Position numbers and translations under genes: made by a program. Positions 7,929 through 16,665 of a stretch of DNA of 32,453 nt are shown in pieces. The notes beneath the pieces were generated by a model. The model made no database searches, had not been told where the DNA came from, and was given only the letters and a program-made list of their open reading frames with translations. How positions within the stretch are numbered: the stretch's first letter is position 1; every line of letters starts with the position of its first letter. The stretch spans positions 1-32,453 of the forward strand of contig CBFCZR010000003.1 of the NCBI GenBank assembly GCA_965602795.1, written 5' to 3'. The DNA is from Candidatus Bathyarchaeota archaeon (GTDB lineage: Archaea; Thermoproteota; Bathyarchaeia; Bathyarchaeales; Bathyarchaeaceae).

Positions 7929-9638
7929 TTGAAAAATGTGTTGGTTGCCAAAATTCTGAATGAGATTGCTGACATCTTGGAGATGAAGGATGTAGAGTTT
8001 AAGCCTCGGGCTTATCGAAGAGCGGCGCGCAGTGTTGAGTCGCTTTCGAAGTCTATAGAAGAAGTTCATGAAAAGGGGGAACTTCAGGAACTGTCGGGTG
8101 TAGGTGAAAGTATAGCGGAAAAGATTACTGAGATAATCGAAACTGGCACTTCCCAATACTATGAGAATCTTAAAACCGAGTTGCCTGTTGACGTGGAGGA
8201 ATTGACTTCCGTGGAGGGGATAGGACCAAAAACGGTTAAGAAACTGTATCAAAACCTTGAGGTGAAGACGCTTGAGGATTTGGAGCAGGCTGCAAAGCAA
8301 CACAAAATTCGGGACATTAAGGGTTTAGGACCAAAAGTAGAGGAGAACATTCTTGAGCATATAGAGCTTGCTAAACGACAAAAAGAACGCACCTTGCTGG
8401 GGTATGCATTGCCCATTGCTGAAGAGCTGAAAAATCGGTTAAAAAAAGAGTTGGATGTTATCAACAGAATCGAGGTTGCAGGTTCACTTCGCCGAATGAA
8501 ACCAACAATAGGCGACATAGACATTCTGGTTACCTCAGAGGACCCTGAAAAAGTGGCAGATTACTTCACCGCCATGAGTGATGTTCGGGAGATTCTGGGC
8601 AAAGGCAAAACAAAATGTTCTCTAATCTTGAAAAATGACTTGCAAGCTGATTTGCGCCTAATCGAGGAGAAGAGCTACGGTTCGGCGCTACTGTATTTCA
8701 CGGGGTCAAAGGACCACAACATACAGCTCCGGAAGATAGCTATCAACAACGGCTACAAACTTAGCGAGTATGGCTTGTTCAAAGATGATGAACAGATTGC
8801 AGGGAAAACGGAAAACGAAGTTTACGACAAGTTGGGGATGCAGTTTATAGCTCCTGAACTCAGAGAGAACAGGGGAGAGATAGAGGCGGCACAAGAGGAT
8901 AAGCTGCCTAAGCTCATAGGCTACGACGACATAAAGGGAGATTTACAGTCTCATAGCACATGGAGCGACGGCGCCCAATCAATCGAAGAGATGGCTAAGG
9001 CAGCGATAGAGTTGGATTATGAGTATTTTTGTGTAAGCGATCATTACGGCAAAATGAAGGTTGCAGGTGCCTTAAACGATAAGCAGCTTCGGAAACAACT
9101 GAAACAGGTAGAGAAAGTGAACAACAGCTTAAGCAGCCTTACACTTTTGACCGGTGCAGAAATAGACATACAGCCGGACGGCAGTTTCGAGGTGAACAAG
9201 AAGCTTTTGAAGGAACTGGACGTGGTTGTTGCCAGTGTACATTCCAAGTTTAGTCAATCAGAGCAGGAGATGACCCAAAGAATGGTGAAGGCGATGGAAA
9301 ACGAGAATGTGGACATAATAGGTCACCCCACTGGAAAGAAGATAAACCAGAAAAAACCTGTCCAACTGGATATGGAAACAATCTTCGAAACTTCTAAACG
9401 AACAGGAACCTTCTTGGAAATCAACTCTTTCCCTGAACGGCTAGACTTGGATGACGCCAACGCAAAAGCGGCGATTGAAGCAGGCTGCAAACTAGTCATA
9501 AACACCGACGCACACAACAAGGAGCATTTACGTTACATGCGATTGGGAATATCCGTGGCTAGACGCGCTTGGCTGAAAAAAGAAGACGTCATCAACACTT
9601 TAAACTTGAAGGAACTAAGAAAACTGTTAAAATCGTGA
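7929..9638 (+). CDS. polX: Family X DNA polymerase with C-terminal PHP exonuclease domain
   Basis: AYRRAA, HhH motifs (GVGESIA, GIGPKT), AGSLRR, catalytic GDIDIL and ADLR, YFTGSKDHN. PHP motifs QSH..SDG, SDH, GHPTG, EIN, NTDAH. Confidence 0.97.
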   Translation: MKNVLVAKILNEIADILEMKDVEFKPRAYRRAARSVESLSKSIEEVHEKGELQELSGVGESIAEKITEIIETGTSQYYENLKTELPVDVEELTSVEGIGPKTVKKLYQNLEVKTLEDLEQAAKQHKIRDIKGLGPKVEENILEHIELAKRQKERTLLGYALPIAEELKNRLKKELDVINRIEVAGSLRRMKPTIGDIDILVTSEDPEKVADYFTAMSDVREILGKGKTKCSLILKNDLQADLRLIEEKSYGSALLYFTGSKDHNIQLRKIAINNGYKLSEYGLFKDDEQIAGKTENEVYDKLGMQFIAPELRENRGEIEAAQEDKLPKLIGYDDIKGDLQSHSTWSDGAQSIEEMAKAAIELDYEYFCVSDHYGKMKVAGALNDKQLRKQLKQVEKVNNSLSSLTLLTGAEIDIQPDGSFEVNKKLLKELDVVVASVHSKFSQSEQEMTQRMVKAMENENVDIIGHPTGKKINQKKPVQLDMETIFETSKRTGTFLEINSFPERLDLDDANAKAAIEAGCKLVINTDAHNKEHLRYMRLGISVARRAWLKKEDVINTLNLKELRKLLKS

Positions 9639-9657
9639 CTAATCTTAAAAAACTGTT

Positions 9658-9714
9658 CATATTAGAAGCCTAACAGAGGTACATTGTTGAAAACAGTACT
9701 TTTTCAGAAAATCA
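9658..9714 (-). repeat. Dispersed palindromic intergenic repeat, copy A
   Basis: Minus strand reads TGATTTTCTGAAAAAGTACTGTTTTCAACAATGTACCTCTGTTAGGCTTCTAATATG, collinear with the copy at 17637. Confidence 0.85.
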
Positions 9715-9725
9715 CGTATAAACCA

Positions 9726-10931
9726 TTACTTGTATTTGTAGAATCCTTGCCCCGCTTTTTTGCCTGTCCACCCTTTGTTCATGTAATCTTTGAGTAGAGG
9801 ACATGGTTTGTACAATGCTGTTTTGTGTTGGCTGTATGCTGCTTCCAGTTTGTCCAGAATCGTATCTAATCCTTTTTTGTCGGCGTATTCGCAGGGACCT
9901 GAAGGCCATCCTGTCCCCAGCTTCATTCCCACGTCTATGCTCTTTGGCTCGGCAACATCCTCCAGAACCATCCACGCCGCCTCGTTCACGGCAACAGCCC
10001 AAGAACGTTCCACATCGTATTTTCCAGCCAATCCGGAGGGTATGTACGGTCTACCTTTGCTCCAGTCATAGAATCCCATTCCTGTCTTCTGACCCAGCTT
10101 CTCCTCTTTGACCAGAGGTTCTGTGAGTTCTAGGCAGGGCTGAAATCGTTCACCGTGAGCTTGATGTAATATTTTGCTGACATTATATTCGAGGTCTACC
10201 CCCACAAAGTCAACTAGCTCAAACCAGCCCATGGGAAAACCTCCAATGTATCTTGCGGATGCGTCTATTTCCTCCATTGATGCTTCTCCGCGACGGAAAG
10301 TCCAGAATGCCTCGTTGAAAACAGCTACAAGGATTCTGCTGACAATAAATCCCCGAGAGTCTTTCTTGCATAATATGGGCGTTTTCTCCAGTTCTCTGCT
10401 GACATCCATTATGGCGTTTATGGTTTCGCTGCTGGTGTCGTTGCCTTTGACCACTTCAATCAGCCTAGTCAGCTGCGGGGGGATGAACCAATGCATTCCA
10501 ACAGTCTTATCAGGTCTTCCTGTTGCCTTGCCCATCTCGGTTACGCTCAATGTGGAAGTGTTAGTCGCTATTATGGCGTGAGATGGCGCCGTTTCATCAA
10601 TTTTGGCGAAAACCTTCCTTTTCAGTTCCATGTTTTCGGAGACACATTCGACAGCTAAATCAATGTCAGCTGCCGCCTTCCCATATGATGTGGTTGTGGT
10701 AATTCTTGACAGCGCCGCCTCCGCCGCATCTCTGCTGATTTTGCCTTTCTCCACAAACTTGGTTATGCTCCACTCTATCTCCTGAAGCGCCTTCCTCAAA
10801 CTCTCGTTGCGTCTGCTCAGAAGATTCACTTCATAACCTCTCATGGCGAAAGCCTGAGCTATTCCATGTCCCATCAATCCAGTTCCAATAACAGCCACAC
10901 GCCGAATCTCTCTGCCTGTCGTTGACCTCAC
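9726..10931 (-). CDS. 3-hydroxyacyl-CoA dehydrogenase (NAD-binding domain + two C-terminal domains)
   Basis: VAVIGTGLMGHGIA, E...LKRKVF, ATNTSTL, GMHWF.P, GFPMG, KLGQKTGMGFY, and a second GWPSGP..GKKAGQGFY. Confidence 0.95.
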   Translation of the reverse strand: MRSTTGREIRRVAVIGTGLMGHGIAQAFAMRGYEVNLLSRRNESLRKALQEIEWSITKFVEKGKISRDAAEAALSRITTTTSYGKAAADIDLAVECVSENMELKRKVFAKIDETAPSHAIIATNTSTLSVTEMGKATGRPDKTVGMHWFIPPQLTRLIEVVKGNDTSSETINAIMDVSRELEKTPILCKKDSRGFIVSRILVAVFNEAFWTFRRGEASMEEIDASARYIGGFPMGWFELVDFVGVDLEYNVSKILHQAHGERFQPCLELTEPLVKEEKLGQKTGMGFYDWSKGRPYIPSGLAGKYDVERSWAVAVNEAAWMVLEDVAEPKSIDVGMKLGTGWPSGPCEYADKKGLDTILDKLEAAYSQHKTALYKPCPLLKDYMNKGWTGKKAGQGFYKYK

Positions 10932-10937
10932 CCTTTT

Positions 10938-11378
10938 CTAGATTGGAATAAACTCGTAAATAGCTCGTCCATCAGAATTGACCTTAGCCTCAAGCTTAAC
11001 CCTCATGCCCACTTCTACGTCTTCTCTTTCTACGCCAGTCAACCAAGCCAACGCTCTAACGCCCTCCTTGAGCCGAGCAATAGCAACAATGTAGTCGGAT
11101 TCGTTTGAGAAGCTGGCTGGCTTCACAACTATCTGCGTGAAGGTTTCGATTTCGCCCTCCCCATCCAGCTCCGTCCACTTCATGTTTGATGAGCCACAGT
11201 CCCCGCAATCGGCAACTGGAGGGAAATGAAGCTTTCCGCATTTCTGGCATTTTGTGGTGTATATTTTTCCTTCTTCTAGTCCCTTCCAGAACTTTGATGT
11301 TCTGCTTATGGGCAGGTTATAGGTTAGGTGCAGTGTTCTGGCGCTCTTTAATGTCGGAGGTTTGTCCATGTTTTTCAT
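10938..11378 (-). CDS. DUF35/ChsH2-like Zn-ribbon + OB-fold protein (thiolase partner)
   Basis: FW..L..GK, C..CG..HFPP..DCGDC, OB-fold G.IETFT. ATGA overlap with the thiolase stop. Confidence 0.92.
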   Translation of the reverse strand: MKNMDKPPTLKSARTLHLTYNLPISRTSKFWKGLEEGKIYTTKCQKCGKLHFPPVADCGDCGSSNMKWTELDGEGEIETFTQIVVKPASFSNESDYIVAIARLKEGVRALAWLTGVEREDVEVGMRVKLEAKVNSDGRAIYEFIPI

Positions 11379-12541
11379 CTCCTCAGTATGGTCACATAGC
11401 AGTAGTGTCCTGTTCCTCCCGTGTTGTGAGCTAACGCGGTGTAGTTTTTCATGGGAGCCTGCCTTCCTTTTGGTTTTATCTCCTCTCTTAACTGCTTTGT
11501 TAACTCTACAAGCATGGCTACGCCGGTGGTTCCGATAGGGTGACCCTTAGCCTTCAATCCCCCATCAACGTTAACCGGGATTCTGCCCCCCACCTCAGTC
11601 TCCCCCTCCCTAACCATTCTTGCTCCTTCACCCTTTTCGCAAAAGCCCAAGTCCTCATACGCCATGATTTCCGCTATGGTGAAGCAGTCATGAACTGTCG
11701 CCACATCCACAGCCTTCGGCGAGACACCAGCCATCCTATAAGCCATTCTTGATGCCCTCACAGAAGCCTCCAACCCCACATAATTCTCTCTCTTGGACAG
11801 ATTAGCGGTGTCCGAAGAAAATCCTATGGACTCTATCCACACCGGGTCCTCTACTCCCAACTCCTTCACCTTCTCCTCAGATGCTAACACAACCGATGCG
11901 GCGCCATCAGTTATTGGACAGCAATCATAGAGCTTCAATGGCCACGCAATCACGGGTGAGCTGAGCACTTTTTCTGCGGTTATTTCGTGTTGTAGGTGAG
12001 CCAGCGGATTCATGGCTCCGTACCGGTGGTTCTTGACGGCGACCAAGGCAAGGTCTTCCTCTTTGGTATCATACTTTTGCATGTGCTGGACTGCATGAAC
12101 CGCATAGTAGGCGGGGAAGGTCATGCCGAAATTTTCGAATTCCCACAGATAATATCCTGCTCTGCCTATCATCTCCAATGCGGTTGGGGTATCTATCTGC
12201 CTCATCTTCTCGACTCCGACAACCAACGCCGTGTCTAGTTGCCCAGATGCTATTGCAGAGTAGGCGTTGAAGGCGGCGGCGCTTCCTGAAGCACAGGCTG
12301 CCTCGCATCGGACCAAGCCTGCTCCAGTCAGTCCGCAGTATTCTGCTATTACAACGGCGGGTAATGGTTCTTCTGACCAGACGCCCATCGAGCCGACAAC
12401 CACGTAGGGTATTTGTTTGGCTGTTAACCCTGAATCTTCTAGGGATGGCTGGACAGCCTCAAACGTCAACTCGGAGAGGTTAACGTCTGACCTGTCTCCG
12501 AATCTGCTGTGTCCCACCCCGATAATCGCTACTTTATTCGT
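11375..12541 (-). CDS. Thiolase (archaeal/SCP2-like acetyl-CoA acyltransferase)
   Basis: Catalytic EAACASG, HDCF, GHPIG, HNTGG. The conserved first strand NKVAIIGVG lies upstream of GTG 12517, and the in-frame codon at 12541 is ACG. Confidence 0.93.
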   Translation of the reverse strand, partial: TNKVAIIGVGHSRFGDRSDVNLSELTFEAVQPSLEDSGLTAKQIPYVVVGSMGVWSEEPLPAVVIAEYCGLTGAGLVRCEAACASGSAAAFNAYSAIASGQLDTALVVGVEKMRQIDTPTALEMIGRAGYYLWEFENFGMTFPAYYAVHAVQHMQKYDTKEEDLALVAVKNHRYGAMNPLAHLQHEITAEKVLSSPVIAWPLKLYDCCPITDGAASVVLASEEKVKELGVEDPVWIESIGFSSDTANLSKRENYVGLEASVRASRMAYRMAGVSPKAVDVATVHDCFTIAEIMAYEDLGFCEKGEGARMVREGETEVGGRIPVNVDGGLKAKGHPIGTTGVAMLVELTKQLREEIKPKGRQAPMKNYTALAHNTGGTGHYCYVTILRR

Positions 12542-12563
12542 ATTTCATCCCTGCCAAACACTG

Positions 12564-13379
12564 CTATCCTGATTCAACAGTGTCCCTCTTTTTTGTTTCC
12601 CTCTGAGACAAAAACGATTCTATCTTCTCCTTGGTTTCTCTTTTGGAGAAAAGCAGAGCAAAAAGGTCTGTTTCATTCTTTAACCCCGACTTGAGTAGAC
12701 TTTGTGTTACCGCATTGATGGCACGTTTTGCATGTTTCAGCGCCTCTGGCTGATATTCACATAGTCTCTGAGCTAGGGCTTCTGCTTCCGCCTTCAGCTC
12801 TTCATGGGGAACAACTTTGTCCACTAAGCCCATCTTTAGCGCTTCCTCGGCTTTCACCCTGTCCCCCACCATAATCAGCCGCTTAGCCTCTGCCACGCCA
12901 ACAGTCCATGCGAGTCTTTGGGTTCCTCCCCACCCCGGAATTATGCCCAGTTTCATCTCGGGGAACCCCAATTTTGCATGGTCGGATGCTATTCTGAAGT
13001 CACAGGCAAGCGCGAGTTCCAGTCCCCCGCCTAGAGCGTAGCCGTTAATTGCGGCTAAAACAGGTTTAGACAATGCTTCCACTTGAGAAAAGACCTGTTG
13101 TCCCTTTCTGGAAAATTCTGCAGCTGTTTCTTGTGTGAGTTTGTGGAGTTGTGTGATGTCTGCTCCTGTGCTGAATGCCTTTTCTCCTTCTCCTGTGATT
13201 ATGACGCATCTGATGTTGTTGTCTTTTTCTGTGTTGTCCAGTACTTCTGAGAGTTCCTGTAGCATGGTGGCGTTTATTGCGTTCAGCTTGTCGGGTCTAT
13301 CAAGAGTTATCCATGCGGTGGGCTTTTCTTTTCTGAGCTTTATTGTGGCATAGTGCTTTGACACGGTTAGATGCCTCAA
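12564..13379 (-). CDS. Enoyl-CoA hydratase (crotonase family)
   Basis: LDRPDKLNAI, AFSTGADI, AINGYALGGGLELALACD, PEMKLGIIPGWGGTQRL; both catalytic Glu present. Confidence 0.95.
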   Translation of the reverse strand: MRHLTVSKHYATIKLRKEKPTAWITLDRPDKLNAINATMLQELSEVLDNTEKDNNIRCVIITGEGEKAFSTGADITQLHKLTQETAAEFSRKGQQVFSQVEALSKPVLAAINGYALGGGLELALACDFRIASDHAKLGFPEMKLGIIPGWGGTQRLAWTVGVAEAKRLIMVGDRVKAEEALKMGLVDKVVPHEELKAEAEALAQRLCEYQPEALKHAKRAINAVTQSLLKSGLKNETDLFALLFSKRETKEKIESFLSQRETKKRDTVESG

Positions 13380-13410
13380 GAGGTTGATGTTGTTGGCGAA
13401 ATTTAAGATT

Positions 13411-14559
13411 TCAATATAACTTGGTGAGCTGCTTGAGGATGGCTAATCTCTGAATCTCGGATGTTCCCTCATAGATTTCGGTTACTTTTGCGTCCCTGTA
13501 GAACCTTTCAACCCTATATTCGCCTAGGTAACCGTAGCCGCCCAAAGTTTGAATCGCAACATCAGCCGCCCGCACTGCCACACTGCTGGAGTATAGTTTA
13601 GCCATGGAAGTCAACATTGAATCCACATTGTTCTGGTCTATGCTGCTTGCAGCCTTGTATGTTAGCAGTCTTGCTGCCTCGATTTCGGTTGCAAGTTGGG
13701 CTAGTTTGGCTCCTATCTGCTGGAACCTGATTATGGGTTGTCCTGCGGATTGCCGTTTTTTGGCGTGTTTGAGGGCTGTTTCGAGTGCTCCCTGTGCGGT
13801 TCCCACTGCCTGCGCGGCGATGGCTGTTCTGCTTATGGTGAAGAAGTCTATGGAGTGGCTGAAACCGTTGTTCAGTTCGCCCAGCATGTTGTTTGGGCTT
13901 ACTTTCACGTTTTTTAGGGTGACTGTGCCTGTTTGTATGCATCGGATTCCCATCTTGTTAGACAGTTTTGTTACTGTTACTCCAGATGCCTCTTTGTCCA
14001 CTATAAATAGGGTTTGGCTTTTGCGTGGTTTGTCTCTGCTGCCTGTCTGGCATAATACTGTGATGAAGTCGGCTATGGGCACGTTTGTTATGAGGGTTTT
14101 TGTTCCGTTTATTCTCCATCCGTCTCCATCTTTAACCGCTGTGGTGTCCACTGTTGTTATGTCTGTTCCCCGTTTTGGTTCTGTGAAGGCAGCGGCAGAT
14201 ATACTGTCTCCACGGCAGAGGGGTGGAAGGTAACGGTTTTTCTGTTCTTCTGTTCCGTGGAGGAGAAGCAGGTCGCTTCCGAAGGTTCCCATCATGCACG
14301 CTAACCCTAATGACGAGTCTGCTCGGCACATTTCCTCCATGGCTAAGCAATCCGCTAGGTAGCCTTGTCCTCCGCCTCCGTACTTTTCTGGAATGAATAG
14401 GCTTGGGAATCCTTGCTTTGCAGCTTTACGGTAAAGCTCTATTGGAAACTGTTCTTTTCTGTCCAGCTCCAAGGCAAGGTCTGGGTTGAATTCTTTTTCG
14501 CAGAAATTTCTGACAGAAGTTTTTAGTTTCTGCTGTTTCTCGGTTAACGTGAAGTCCAT
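13411..14559 (-). CDS. Acyl-CoA dehydrogenase
   Basis: IPEKYGG, FTEP..GTD, INGTKT.ITN, KMGIR, FQ.I..KLA, GGYGY..EY.VERFYRDAK, IYEGTSEIQR. Confidence 0.96.
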   Translation of the reverse strand: MDFTLTEKQQKLKTSVRNFCEKEFNPDLALELDRKEQFPIELYRKAAKQGFPSLFIPEKYGGGGQGYLADCLAMEEMCRADSSLGLACMMGTFGSDLLLLHGTEEQKNRYLPPLCRGDSISAAAFTEPKRGTDITTVDTTAVKDGDGWRINGTKTLITNVPIADFITVLCQTGSRDKPRKSQTLFIVDKEASGVTVTKLSNKMGIRCIQTGTVTLKNVKVSPNNMLGELNNGFSHSIDFFTISRTAIAAQAVGTAQGALETALKHAKKRQSAGQPIIRFQQIGAKLAQLATEIEAARLLTYKAASSIDQNNVDSMLTSMAKLYSSSVAVRAADVAIQTLGGYGYLGEYRVERFYRDAKVTEIYEGTSEIQRLAILKQLTKLY

Positions 14560-14654
14560 TAGAATTCACCAATAGCTAATGTGAAGGGGCTTGGAGGATA
14601 AAACTGTTCTCGAAGCTGAAAAATGCTGTCTCTGAGTTGTTGTTTATGGTGATT

Positions 14655-14969
14655 TTATCGGTCTTGATACATTTTGTCTAAGGTTTTTCTCAGTTGGCGT
14701 ATGTCATGTTCCAGATCGTTTACTTTGGCTTGGAGGTTGTTGAATGCTTCCGTGAATCGTACCTGATTTTCGAATGCTGTGATAATGTCGTTTCCATGAT
14801 TTTTGAAGCCTTTAATCACAAACTCCAATAGAAAAAGGAATTCGTTGTCCTTTTTGCTTAGCTGTCCTCTTGCTCGGAAGCCCTCTAAGAATGCTTTAGC
14901 CTTCAAATACGCCTGCTCATTCTCATTTCTGGTCTTCTGTAACTTCTGGAGCGCTTTCTCCTTATCCAT
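14655..14969 (-). CDS. Hypothetical alpha-helical protein with C-terminal coiled coil
   Basis: Fills an intergenic gap. Heptad pattern FNNLQAKVNDLEHDIRQLRKTLDKM. Start is ATG 14969 (or 15005). Confidence 0.7.
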   Translation of the reverse strand: MDKEKALQKLQKTRNENEQAYLKAKAFLEGFRARGQLSKKDNEFLFLLEFVIKGFKNHGNDIITAFENQVRFTEAFNNLQAKVNDLEHDIRQLRKTLDKMYQDR

Positions 14970-15083
14970 CAGAAAACCCTTCTCTAACACACAATATCTT
15001 TTCATTACATTTAATATTTAAGCTAAACTTAGAAAGAATCCTACCGCAAAGAATGCGGACTAGAAAAACCGAATTGTGTTGAT

Positions 15084-15143
15084 GCTTGGTTTTTCCGAAA
15101 AAAACTGTTTTTCAACAATCATCTACTATTAGGAGCCTAATAG
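15084..15143 (+). repeat. Dispersed palindromic intergenic repeat, copy B
   Basis: GCTTGGTTTTTCCGAAAAAAACTGTTTTTCAACAATCATCTA followed by CTATTAGGAGCCTAATAG (15126-15143). Confidence 0.9.
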
Positions 15144-15182
15144 AACGCCAATTTTATCTCTTTAATTGGAGAACGATAATGA

Positions 15183-15821
15183 TTAAGCTATCAACACTAA
15201 CCCGAAAGACTCTGGATTCTTCTTGAATGGGTAAGGTATAGGTATGCCGGCGTTCTCCAAAGTCTGCAGAACATTGATTCCCACAGCCTGCGCTGAGTAG
15301 CGCGCCTCTGTTGGATGAGTGCATATCTCTTCAACGTTGCATTCATCGCATATCACACAGGAGCCGGTGGTGAAGCCTAAAGCAAGAGGGTAGCCCCCAC
15401 TCATGGCCGCCTTTTCGAGGGCACGGATGTTCTTAACTAATTCTTTCTTTTCGGCTTTCCAGGAAGTCCAGAATGCATCTATTTTTTCATTCATCTCGTC
15501 TGTTAGGCTTGGGTCGTTTTTGTCTTTAGACAGCAGTTTAGCGACTTCTGCTGTTGCTTCTGCATGGCTCTTAATTTTGAAAACGAGCGCGTAACTGTAT
15601 TCGCTCAGAATTTTTTGGAATTCGTCAACGCTGGGTGCATAGGGCGGGCACATCAAAGTTTTTCCGTATTCTTTGCAGCCTACTCGGCATTTGAGCACAA
15701 CCCGGTTCTCAACAACTATTTCATCGGCTGGAATCACCTTTGCCGCTGTTGCGCCAAGCTCCAACGACAAATCCCTCAGGAATCCGAGTTTGGTTATGTC
15801 TGCTTCAGGTTTCATCATCAC
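15183..15821 (-). CDS. DUF2284 predicted metal-binding protein
   Basis: KCRVGCKEYGKTLMCPP and GSCVICDEC....CTHP..ARYS..AVGINV. Confidence 0.85.
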   Translation of the reverse strand: MMMKPEADITKLGFLRDLSLELGATAAKVIPADEIVVENRVVLKCRVGCKEYGKTLMCPPYAPSVDEFQKILSEYSYALVFKIKSHAEATAEVAKLLSKDKNDPSLTDEMNEKIDAFWTSWKAEKKELVKNIRALEKAAMSGGYPLALGFTTGSCVICDECNVEEICTHPTEARYSAQAVGINVLQTLENAGIPIPYPFKKNPESFGLVLIA

Positions 15822-15846
15822 TCACTTTTCACAAAATTTTTCACGG

Positions 15847-16653
15847 TTAAACTTTTTGGGCGTTGAACACTATTCGCTCTGGATACGTGTAAACGTTCAT
15901 TCTTTTGGCTCTGGCGAATCCGACCAAGGTTATTCCTGTCAGTTGGGCTGCTTCCAAGCCAGAACTGATTGCCGCTGCCAAAGAAGCGATTATGGGAAGT
16001 TTCATGCGTGCCGCCTTCAAAACGATGTCTCCGCTGAGTCTGCCGCTCAAGGCAAGAAAAAGGTTTCTGAAGTCCATGTTTTTTGTTGCTCCGACACCGA
16101 TGACCTTGTCCACGGCGTTGTGGCGCCCCACATCCTCAGCCAAAGCCACCAATTTTCCATCTGGTGAGTAGAGTGCCGCCGCATGAACCCCACCAGTCTT
16201 TCTGAATTGTTCAGCAATAGTGTTGAGCTGCAGCACCGACTGATAAACAACCGCTGCGTTTACGGTTGGGGTCATATACAATTTGGGAAGACTGCTGATG
16301 GCTTCTGAGAGGGGACTGTAGTCTGGGGAGCCGCAGGCGGAAACTACCAGACGCGCAAGATGCTGTGATTTTGCGATTCGCTGCTCAGCGTCAATGTCTG
16401 GTTTGAGTTTCACTAAGCATTTTCCATCTTTTTTCAGCACCAAATCGTCTATTTCGGCTGTTGATTTCAGGAGTCCTTCGGAGAGAAGATGCCCAACAAC
16501 CATTTCTTTCAGCTGGTCTGGAGAGCAGAGGATTGCGCCGTAGTGTGTTTTGTTGAGGAAGATGTGAAGGGATGTTTCTTCTGCTACATAATCGGTTTTC
16601 TCTTCGATTGTTTGGTCTGAAACGTTCATTCTGGAAACTTTGATTTTCCGCAT
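15847..16653 (-). CDS. fdhD: Formate dehydrogenase accessory sulfurtransferase FdhD
   Basis: VAEE, GHLLSEG, FRKTGGVHAAA, EDVGRHNAVDKVIG, SGRLS, TLVGFAR. Confidence 0.95.
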   Translation of the reverse strand: MRKIKVSRMNVSDQTIEEKTDYVAEETSLHIFLNKTHYGAILCSPDQLKEMVVGHLLSEGLLKSTAEIDDLVLKKDGKCLVKLKPDIDAEQRIAKSQHLARLVVSACGSPDYSPLSEAISSLPKLYMTPTVNAAVVYQSVLQLNTIAEQFRKTGGVHAAALYSPDGKLVALAEDVGRHNAVDKVIGVGATKNMDFRNLFLALSGRLSGDIVLKAARMKLPIIASLAAAISSGLEAAQLTGITLVGFARAKRMNVYTYPERIVFNAQKV

Positions 16654-16665
16654 GCACGTTTTCTC

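Noticed and set aside
7740-8303. 187-aa minus-strand ORF (and similar ones at 1031-1838, 17938-18480, 21102-21569)
   Set aside because: These overlap well-supported genes on the opposite strand and have atypical composition.
6132-9638. Ku/LigD-type NHEJ system
   Set aside because: The ligase is LigI-type with no primase-polymerase or phosphoesterase domain, and there is no Ku in the window.
10938-12541. Mevalonate-pathway thiolase/DUF35/HMG-CoA synthase cluster
   Set aside because: No HMG-CoA synthase is present; the neighbours are ACAD, ECH and HADH.
13604-14233. 209-aa plus-strand ORF
   Set aside because: Antisense shadow of the acyl-CoA dehydrogenase with no motifs of its own.
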